Of a stretch of DNA of 64,000 nt, positions 13,862 through 24,598 are shown piece after piece (the first letter of the stretch is position 1; each line of letters starts with the position of its first letter). The notes under the pieces are model-generated. The model did not search any database and was not told the DNA's origin. It was given only the letters and a program-made list of their open reading frames with translations. The position numbers and the translations under genes were made by a program. Origin of the DNA: Octopus vulgaris (taxonomy: Eukaryota); assembly GCA_951406725.2 (NCBI GenBank), contig OX597820.1, positions 63,240,001 through 63,304,000 on the forward strand, read 5' to 3'.

Positions 13862-16190
13862 CTATGTGTACATATATATATATATATATAAGTGAACGGC
13901 AATCTGAGGTCTGCTATTAGTGTATGCCACCAAATTATGCGCCATGCCTTTTGCTGTTTACTTCTGGGAAACTATTGCCCATAGCTGATATATCTATCAA
14001 CAATGGGCAATAGCTATGCTATTTATATATCAGGTGTACGATGCAGGACTTTGAAAATGTAGAAAAAGGAGAATATGATGAAATACTTGACATATATGAC
14101 ACAATCAAAATTTAGAAAAGCTATATAGAATTTTATGGCTATAAATTGCTTGTAAACAATGAGACAAAAAAAAAACAGCCCCATTTATGTGTGTTTGTCT
14201 GCGGTTATATTAGCGTGCGTCATGTATTTGCTTTATATATTATTGTATTTTTCGTTTTAGACGTTTTAGATGTGTGAATTTGTGCACTAAAAACATTATT
14301 AAACTTATATAATTCAACTATTTCAACCAAAATTTATTACAACTGGGAAATATGATTGCATTTTAATTATTAATCAATTTACGTTTCAGAAGTGTTTTAT
14401 ATCTTTTCTTTCATGGAGAGGTATTTAGAGTTTGGAGTCTGATTTAATATGTATTCGTCCTCTTTAATGACGTCGTATATGTTATTCCATATAACGAACC
14501 GTTGGGATATGTTCCACTAGATATTTTTATTTGATTTTGCTTCTAGTTATTCTTTTTATAATCCTCTCTATATAGATATCTGGGAATTGCGTTTGCTTGT
14601 GCTTGTTTTCTTTCCGTTGTTTATATTCACCGTTTATACAACATAACTAATTGACGCTCATATTAGTCTATACATAAGTGATATAATTTTTTCGTCTTTG
14701 ATAAACCTACATACATACATATACATGTGTATACTCTAACACATCTATATATTGATAAGTACGTACGCTTGTACATTCATATATATAGATATTCGACTAT
14801 TCGTTCCTTTGCTTTTGAACGGCTATTAGTTCATAAATTTGTCGTGTTTTATTCGTCTGTATAAAAGTAATGTTCTGCATTTTTGTAAGTAAATAAATAA
14901 ATGTTTCTCTTTCAACTATCAGTTTATTCCGATATGTCTTTATGATACCAAAGTTTCTATTTGCACGAACTTTTGCGAATACATGGCTGTTTACAATTTT
15001 ATTAAAGCTTTTCATGTCACACTCTTCGTATATATGCAACGCAATCAAAGCAGACACACGTTTAGTTAATTGGAATTGAGAGATTTGATTATTTCTCAGT
15101 CCATTTATACACAGGATAATTTCCAGTATGACGAACAGGTCAGTATTTTCCATTTGTACTCGCATTTTTAATTTTACTTTTACTAATTTCAGTCATATTC
15201 TGATGCCATGTTGTGGCAAAAGCTTTGGTGCGATTGGTTTTTATTTCGCATTCACTTCCCTTCCTTTTTTATGGAGTTGCGTCTGATGAAGGCTTAGTTG
15301 AACGTAGCTGTTCGAGTTTGCTGCAGAGATGTGAGTGTATCTGCCATGCCAGGGAAAATCACTGAGGTTGAAATTTTGTGTACCCACGAAAACTACGTTG
15401 GTCTAGGAAGGTCGGATCTCTTGTAGTTTGCAGTAACGTATAGCTTTCAATCTCCAAGTTGGAAACTCGACTTCATAGGATCTCGTATATATATGCGTGT
15501 ACGTGCATGTGAGAGTATGCGAGTGCGTGTGTATATATCCTCTGTATTGTTCTGAATATCTATCACACAAACCTATGCAGATTTCGGTATACGAGTAGCT
15601 ATTGAGGAAGTTTTTCAGTTCATAGACGTGGAAGTTGAAGATACTAGCAAGCACCTAGATAAATAGAAATTACGTTCTCTGTTTCTTCTGATTTGTAGGA
15701 CGGGGTTGTCTATCCGCTGATTTCATCCTGAAGAGAATTGTACTTTCTTGTTTAGGTGCTGTCAGCGTTATTCAGACATCACCATGAAGTTCTGCTTCAT
15801 ATTCTTCATTTACAAATTGGAATGGAAGGTGAGTATGCACAGAGGACAGACTAACTAAGCTAAATTTTCAGAAAGTGTATCAGAACTTTAGGAATGAATA
15901 GACATTCTCCAATCATGATCCTATATACCGGTTAACAAAGCTAAGAGTAATCAAGCACCTTTGTGATTTCCTTAACTTACTCTAGGTTGTTGTATTATTA
16001 CTAGATATTGATACCCTATACTTAATCACACCTCTTGCTTTCTACATATGAATCTGTGTCTTTTCTTTGTTTGTTTTTGTGGTTAGGCCTTGCAATATCC
16101 TTTATTTCATGTTCTTTATCGGAATCAGTATATTAATTTCTACGCTCCCCACAAATGTTGTCGATTTTGTGCCTGTTAGGCATTGTCATT

Positions 16191-16281
16191 AGACGCAGTG
16201 TTCCTAAAGAGGTGTAAGAGCGCCGAATACACCCGGGTATTATATTCGGTGCTCTAACACCTCTTTAGGTTCAGTGCGTCT
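16191..16281. repeat. ~90-bp near-perfect hairpin (weaker arms extend to ~16155-16316)
   Basis: agacgca..cctaaagaggtgt.agagcgccgaata / tattcggtgctct.acacctctttagg..tgcgtct. Confidence 0.85.
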
Positions 16282-16929
16282 CATAATAATTTCTTATAAG
16301 CACAAGATCAACAAATCTGGCCAATGTCCATCTCTCCTTTTACATTTTCGGGAATGATAAATAAACAACCAATCAAATAATAACAATGAAATTAGTGGAC
16401 TACTACAAATTCCAGCAGCCATAGCTATATGTGAAACATTTATTAACTTTTTCAGCAGATAGTTCATCAGCTGATGCAGTAAGCTACCTTAGATATTTTC
16501 CAGATTCTGTGAGTCTATAAAAATGCTGCATCTATGTCTTTCGTATTTCTGACGTGAATAAGATAATGTAACAATCAAGAAATATGATCAAACCCAATGA
16601 CTAACGATTACTTTCAAACTATTGGTCTTGTGACTAATTTAGAGAACATTATTAAAACTACATGCATTTAATATTATTATGTCACTAAGACTGCTATATA
16701 ATTTGATAGTTTTGTGCTTGTTTTCCGTATATTTTATACGTGTTTTAAAAATGCAAACGTTCCCTCGTACACATTTTCGAGCACAATCATTTATGTATAT
16801 ATGCATATATGTACCTCGCTCTGTCTGTATTTTTCTTATCTTTCCCTTCAGCCATCCGTATATATATATATATGTACATATATACATAGATGTTTAGATA
16901 GATAGACAGACAGAAGAGTGAAAATAATT

Positions 16930-16993
<64 letters not shown>

Positions 16994-18806
16994 GTACACG
17001 TAAGTTTTTCACTTGGTATGATTCTAATTCTGCACATAACTCACTACTGCTTATAACATAGCATGTAGATTACATTATTTAATGATGAAATATATTACCT
17101 TCTCAGCGATGATATTGTTGAGAAGGAAACAGTCGTCGTTCTTACAGGAAAATTATAAATTATGAAAAGACACGTGAAAGTAACATCAGATACACATTGA
17201 AATTAATGCATAATACTTTCTGAATCTCCGGACACTTTCGTTCATCATCTGTCCACTAAATCTATGTCGTTGGATACATACATATCTACATACATGCATA
17301 CATATTAGTTCAAACAAACACGTTCATAAACGCACATTCACACACACACACATTCACACACTCACACAGATATTTGTATAATAGCTGATATAATTCTTGG
17401 CTGGCTGTTTGGTCGGTCTCTTGAATATTAAGGTTATACTTTGTGTCGTACAGAGGGTGTAAAAATTAGATATAGAGTGTGTTATCTCGGGTATGTTCCG
17501 GCTGATTACAAATATAGACATGCTGTGCGATGAGAAGTATGCATCCCAACCATACAGTTCTGGTTTCAGTCCCACTACGCGGCACATTGGGGCAGTGTTT
17601 TATACTCTAGCCTCGGGCCGACCAAATCCTTGTGTGTGGACTTCGCTGACAAGAACTGAAACAAGCCCGTCGTATAGACGAATGCCGGCAGAATTCAACA
17701 TGACAAGATTGAAGTGGGATATAATAAATAAAATGAAATCATATAGAATTGGAAATAGGTCATGTCTGTTATGTACCCATGAATTCATGGAGATATTATG
17801 GACCAAACGGAACTTCTAAACGCTCAGAAGGAAAGAAAAATAAAATGTAAACATAGACTGAAATGCTTAATTAATAAGGTCTAACACTAAATTTAAATCG
17901 TAAGTATTATTACCACTATTATTATTTAATATGAACGTACTAATTTAAATTAACTTACGATTCGATGTGGGGAGGTATAGAAGCGCGGTGTGAGTGAACA
18001 AAGGGTGAGAATAATACGAAATTAAAGAAAGTAATGCTCTCATGATGCATTTATTTTATTTCCTGAAACCATTGTTACTATTAAGTTAATATGCTAATTA
18101 CGTAATAGTTTAAAAGAAGCAGGAAGTAGGTGGGAGTGTAATGATCGCCGAGCCTTACGACGTTAAGCCGTAATTAATACGTAGTAGGACAATTGTGGTC
18201 AACGGTACTTTGTACATATCTTTTACGACATATCTTTTACGTTACCCTTAAGTTAGTTTTACTTTGAAATTTTTTAATTTTTATCATTCGTATCATTTGT
18301 AAATTTTCTTTTTACATTTTGTCATTCGTACTATAGTTTTTATTCGAATATATTTATTTGGCATTGCTGTCATTATTATATCATCACAAATATATATTTT
18401 ATTTGTTATCCCTACATATTATTAATTTTATATGAATGTTTACAGATACAAATTACGTGAGAATTTATTAGCTGTAATTTTTTTTGTACTTTTTAATTTT
18501 GTTTATTTTAATTTTTTATTTTTATTAATTTAATTAATTTTATTTGAATTAAATTATGGCTTGCACATGAAGGTCCGGCGAATCTATTTGCACATATCGA
18601 ACTATGATAAAGTTATTTAGAGGCCTGATGATTGGGGTTATATTTCAAGAAAGGGTGCTGTAAAACACTGCGTGCTTAAGGAACCGTAAAATGAACCTCA
18701 CGAAAACCGTGTTGCTGAGAAATGAGTAGTAAGTATTAAATTGAATTAAAATACTTTTATGGTGAGATGAAGGGGGCTACTATCTCTAAATAACATATAT
18801 ATATAC

Positions 18807-18882
<76 letters not shown>

Positions 18883-18886
18883 TTTG

Positions 18887-19163
18887 TATCTTAAATTTTG
18901 TTTTCTCATCAAAATTTTTTCATCCGATTTTACACCATTCGATCGTCGCATCTAGAGAATTGCAGTCTGTGTAATCAGCCTAAGGGTATCATCCACATAA
19001 TCCGATCCAATATGGGGTTTCTTTCACCCCGTTTCAAAATGCAGTCCAGTATTTAAACTGCTTAAGTCCGATGGTATGGCTGCTGTCTGAAAAACGAACA
19101 AGGGTTCTATGTGCGTGAAACTTTTAGTAGTGTGGGTCATACATGTGAGGTGGTCATCGAAAG

Positions 19164-19211
<48 letters not shown>

Positions 19212-19314
19212 ATTTGTCTGTCTGTATTTGTCCCCCGAACATCGCTTCACTACCATTGCTGGTGTGTTTGCATCCCCGTAACTAAGCAGTTCGGCAAAAG
19301 AAACTGATAATATA
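18887..19314 (+). repeat. ~400-bp segment duplicated at 30993-31400 (unique part plus SINE 3' half)
   Basis: catccgattttacaccattcgatcgtcgcatctagagaattgc... is about 95% identical by eye, in the same orientation. Confidence 0.9.
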
Positions 19315-19362
19315 TATATATATATATATATATTTATTTATATATATATATGTATATATATT

Positions 19363-19392
<30 letters not shown>

Positions 19393-19394
<2 letters not shown>

Positions 19395-19560
19395 GGGAGA
19401 ATTCACAAAATACGAAGACAGGTAGTGTAGGCAACAATCAGATGTATTAGTTTAACGCTCGGGATGTGAAAAATTCTTTAAAGTTTCGAGCCTACGCTCT
19501 TCCACAGAAAGGAACACAGAAAGAGGCAAGGAGAGAAAGTAAAGAGAGAAAATAAAATAT
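19393..19560 (-). mobile_element. Solo 3' pLTR fragment of the 56682-58563 PLE family with HHR motif (19476-19511)
   Basis: Minus strand ttt-CTGTGGAA-GAGC-gtag-GCTC-GAAA-cttt-aaag, with the same terminus ttttgtgaattctccctata as 58545-58563. Confidence 0.75.
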
Positions 19561-19627
19561 ATAAATACATACAAACATACATATAAATATATATACGCAC
19601 ACACACGCGCACACACATGCACACACA

Positions 19628-19688
<61 letters not shown>

Positions 19689-20449
19689 GGAAAGAGAGAG
19701 AGATGTATATATGGAAAGGTACAGAAAAAGAAAGAGAGCAATTGAAAGGTGAAAAAGTTCGCGGCGACACAGCGCTAATGACATACAGTCATGCCGAAAA
19801 GGGACACGTAATATGTTACATATATCTTTCATGTCCTTCTTTATGTTGCATAAATTCTCTTACGTGTGTCTCAGCACTTTCGGTTGAACTTCAAATATAT
19901 CATTACAGAGAAACATTTATTTCACTTTTATTGACATCTCCCTTAATTTCTTTTCGCAGAACTAGAATATTCTTAATGATTGCAAGACATTTTGAATAAC
20001 ATAAACATTCGAAACTGAGATAAATTTAAGCACCATTATTATTCTTAATTTGAATGATCCAAAGAAATTGTTTGAGATTTTTTTTTTATAAATACAAAAG
20101 TTATAAGAATTTACTGTTTAGGCTGTTGACATAGGTCGCATGTTTCTATTCAATGCTGTACATAAATAATGAAATAACCGTTCGCACCTGTCGTTTCCTC
20201 CGCTGGCGAGGCTTCACATTACCATTATTCATAAACATCAAATTCCAAGAAATGTATTCGTGACCAGAGGAGACATACAATATATATGAACGATTTCTTG
20301 CACAACAGAGCGTCAGCTGTGATTCGCTATAGAAATTGCTGTTAAAAACATTCACAAATTTATATTATCTTCTTAATGACCACAACTTGAATTCGTAACT
20401 TTTATTCAGCTATTACTCAATGACTCCTAACAAAAATTTTATATATATA

Positions 20450-22030
20450 CTAGCAGTATCGCCCGGTGTTGCTCGGGTTTGTTTCGACCCCCTGGAATTG
20501 TAATTTTGAAAAGTAAAAATTTTGTGAACATGTTTCTGGTCGAAATACACTGAAAAGTGGCGACACAGCAGTGAAAAAATCGTAAAAAATAGGGATTTTC
20601 ATAGAAAAAAAGCATCTTTTTGATGTAAATAATTTTTGGTGTTAACATGGTCCGATTTGAATTTTATGTTCTACGGAAGGAAGAGCAACCCTTCTTCTAC
20701 CATACTCTCAATTTTGGTCAACTTGCGCCGCAGGGTCTCGGAGGAGATAGTGTTAGTTGAAGGTTACCATTCTAGGTGCCTGAGTAACAACCTCGCGGAT
20801 TTACAGATAAAAGAATTAATTACTATTTTACAGAATAAAATTAAATAATTCTTGAAAATTAATTAATATTAATATTTTTTGAACAAAGTAAATAATTTTT
20901 AAAACTTAAATAATAATTTCTTTTACACAAACGCGAACGGGGAAAAGGGGGTGGCGAATTCGATTTACATACCTAAATTGTTTCTTTTTCATGACATTGT
21001 AGCAAAATAGTAGTGAATTATATAAATACCAGCAGTACATTTTTTTTTTCTGGGGTATTTTTTTTCAACCTCGTCACATATTTTCCCCTTTCAATTTAAA
21101 CAAAGTCTTAATTAAGCAATTACGGCAGCTTAGCAATGGTTTCAATACAGGCGTGACATCTGTATCTCAATTGTTCAAAACCCTTCGAATTTTTTCGCAC
21201 GTGATGATATTATAGTGAAAACTTTCAATTACGCGCGCTTAGAAGTACGCTCGCAAATTAATACTACCAAAATTTTGAAGTTCGCGCTCCGCTTGTGTGT
21301 GTGTGTGTGCGTGCTTTAGGTGTACGTAGGTATGTGTTTTTGTGTGTGTGTGTCACTGAAGCCATACATACATATATACATACATAACCTCTCTCTCTTT
21401 TCTCTCTCAGTCACTCACTACAAAAAGTGAATAAAAAAAGTTCAGTTATTTCTGTCTTTCACTCGGTCTGTCTCTTTACACACACTAACAAAAGCACTTC
21501 ACTTACACACCACACTTTCTGTGTCGCACAACCCATCAAACACACACACACACACTCACGCACGCACACATGTACATCAATGCTTTCGGAGTGAAATGTT
21601 AAAATATTGAGTTTTCTCGAATTTTGTCTTAATTGGGGGTGAAATTGAAAGAAATATATTATGGCATGACCGAATGGAGTACTTTGAAAAATCTTAGGTA
21701 AACTCTAATTGAAGAAATTGTGTGAGGAGTAAATCGTTATGTATTTATTTGTTTCTGTTTGCTGTGTCTTTTTATTTTTTGAGTGGTGGTTTAAATACTT
21801 TCAGTTTAGTCTTCCTCAAATCACTCTGTCGCTATTTACTTTCATTTTATTCGTTGCACACTGTGTGTGTGCGTGTGCGTATGGTGTAAACCACATTAAG
21901 AAAAGCATTTTGACCCGATGCATTCTACTCTTAAAAATGCTAGGTAAATTGTAATTGAAGAAATCCTATATTGTAGATTTCTATAAGTTACAGAGGGAGG
22001 CAGATAAAATCTGCCTTTTATAATAAGAGA
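20450..22030 (-). mobile_element. Complete non-autonomous Helitron (1581 bp)
   Basis: Minus strand: A|TCTCTTATTATAAAAGGC ... CCCGagcaacacCGGG-cgatactg-CTAG|T. This gives a 5' TC, a subterminal GC hairpin, a 3' CTAG and an A|T insertion site with no TSD. Confidence 0.88.
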
Positions 22031-22946
22031 TAAATATGTGTATAAGCGCAGACACACAAACAGACGCACACACATGCACTTACAAGTGCGTGCGCACGCA
22101 ACCCCCTCACAGATATATTTTGTTGTTACTGTTTGTTCCTTCTCGAGCTATCCCTGGCTCATAAGGGCCGCTTTCCCAGTTACATTGGCGTATTGATTCC
22201 CCATCTGGACGGAACGCGGATCCGCCTCAGGTGTACAGCTACATGCAAGAGGAAAGAATGAGAGAAAGTTGCTCTAACCACTAGGCCATGTGCCTTCACA
22301 CACAAACACATACACACAGACACACACACACATATCATTTGGTTCATGATTGTAAGCTTGTGAGTTCGATACCCGTAGTACGTTGTGTCCTCGATCCCGA
22401 CGCTTTAATTCACACTGTGCCAGTCACATGGCTAGCAAAACTGAGTTTTGGCCACCCTTGTCAAATTTTGTGTCTTTCTGAGTCTCCCTGATAACTATGT
22501 GTCTGTGTCGATTGCATAGTCACTTGCACATTAATTTAACGAGCAGGAACTTCAGTCCATCGTGTCAATTAACTGACAGAGAGACAGTAGTAATAATATA
22601 ATTATACAAAAGGTAAAGCAGAAATGTACAACTGAAAATAAGTGAAGATATGTATATCAAATGCTAACTGAAAGAAATAATTTAAAATAAAGATAGACTT
22701 GGAAATGGGCTTATAAAAGATTGCAAAATATATCAAAGACACTGATCTATATAGAATAAGACGAGGTATACCTTATATTTGCTACTGGAATTCAGAGATA
22801 ATTATATTGATCTTGCCTGCCTCCCGAATACATCCGTATACACAATTAGATGCACGTACTTATAAATGATTTTCATACATTATTTTATTTAAAGCAGCCC
22901 GTCTTACACACACACACACGCGCGCGCGCACACACATGCTACTCCC

Positions 22947-22976
<30 letters not shown>

Positions 22977-22980
<4 letters not shown>

Positions 22981-24598
22981 TGTTATATTTCGGAATGGTC
23001 ATATTGCCAGTTTAGCCAATAAAAACACACGCACTATATATTTGGTGTTATTTTGCTTCAGTGATATTTATTTTTTACATTAATCTTAATCTTATTTCGG
23101 CCAAAGTTCTTTCGTCACACTCCTGTGACCGCATCAGTGGTCCTTTGTTTTCTTCTCACCTACTTGTGTCTCTCCTTACTAACCGTCAGCCATTTTGTAT
23201 TTCTATTGTATGTCTTCATTTGCGCATGCTTATATCTCTATGTGCGTCTATGTTTATTTAGTGTGTGTGTGGGGGGATGCCTGTAATATTTGTATCTTCT
23301 GGTTATATACATTCTTATAATTTGTATTTTGTTTTTGTTGTTGTTGCTTTTGTTCTAATTTTGTTCATGTGTTTACATCCACCCATTATTATCATTACAT
23401 ATGCTTGTATGTATGTATAACAACAATATTAGTAATAATAATAATAAATCTAATCGAAAAAAAAAAAAAAAAAAATATACATATACATATATATATATAT
23501 ACATACATATACATATACATATACATATATATACATATATACACACATATATACACATATAGATATTCATTTCTATTTCTTTAATTACCTGTGTATTTAT
23601 TATGTTTGCAGGATCCACTATTGTCATATGTTGTGGTGTGCGCTATTGCTCCATTCTAGTTTTCTATTCAGGCTAGGTTTATTTTCTATTATATGTGTAG
23701 CTTCTGTAATTTGTCTAATTGTTGCATCTGTTCTATGTGTGGACAATATCTTAATCTCTATGTTATTGATTGATCCCCCGTGTTCTTGTTCGGCGTGTTG
23801 GTACAGAATCGATGAGCTTTTACCTTCCTTGAGTTGTCTCCAATGTTCATTCACCCGCTCACCAATGCTTCTTGCAGTTTCCCCTACGTATGTTACTGTC
23901 TTGTTACTGCATCGTCCCTCTATACATCTTATACTATAGACCACATTTCTGGCTTTACAGTTCGTTTGTGGGCTAAATCTACATACAGTGCAATAGTTAT
24001 CCGTACAGAGAGTTCTACTAAAAGGATAGCTTCTACCAATTATAGATCTGATAGGGTTGCCTGGCTTTTCAACAACCTTAATTCTTAGTTTAAGTTTATC
24101 TAGGGTCCTTCTAAAGCGGTACGCTAGTTCACCTCCAGGGGTGGTGTCAACGAACATGACACTCTGGTATTTATGGCTATCATACCAAGAGTTGGCCTTC
24201 CCTATTTTCTTTTTTGTCCTTTCTATAGTGTTCCATGACTTGTTCCTATAGAGTGGGCAAATCCCATTCCTATCATTACATAATATATTATCAAATTTCT
24301 TCATGGCTCCTTTGTATACTCTGATCCTTTCTTTATGGCTGTAACCTGAGAACTGCATGCGGTGAATGAAATACTGTATGTGTCTCTTTAATTCTGTAGG
24401 CTCGCACATGCGTGACACATTTCTCATTATTCTGACGAGGTCTGCCATCAAAATATTGAATTTGGCATTGCCCGCAATGGCTGAGTTCCGGTGGATCAGG
24501 TATTTTGAGGCCATAGGTTTTGCATAGTATGAATGAAGGATTTGGGTTTTATTTTTCACAATTTCTAGCCAGAGTTCAGTGTCTAGTACTGGTAGTCT
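22977..24598 (-). repeat. Left inverted repeat (inverted pLTR): copy of RT thumb, GIY-YIG and 3' UTR
   Basis: ORF 23624-24559(-) is the C-terminal ~310 aa of the main ORF. The inner junction ggtagtct|cg at 24598 mirrors agactacc at 27358. Confidence 0.95.
23099..23143 (-). ncRNA. Second copy of the PLE hammerhead motif (left inverted repeat)
   Basis: Exact reverse complement of 28813-28857. Confidence 0.7.

Noticed and set aside
14797-15165. 122-aa minus-strand ORF
   Set aside because: No recognisable motif or splice signals; could be decayed TE or chance.
15275-15309. CTGATGA flanked by an 8-bp stem (agttgcgt/acgtagct) as a hammerhead
   Set aside because: GAAA and stem III are missing; at best a deleted relic.
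23624-24559. 311-aa minus-strand ORF as an independent GIY-YIG gene
   Set aside because: It is the inverted duplicate of the PLE C-terminus, starts at GTG and lacks its own 5' region.
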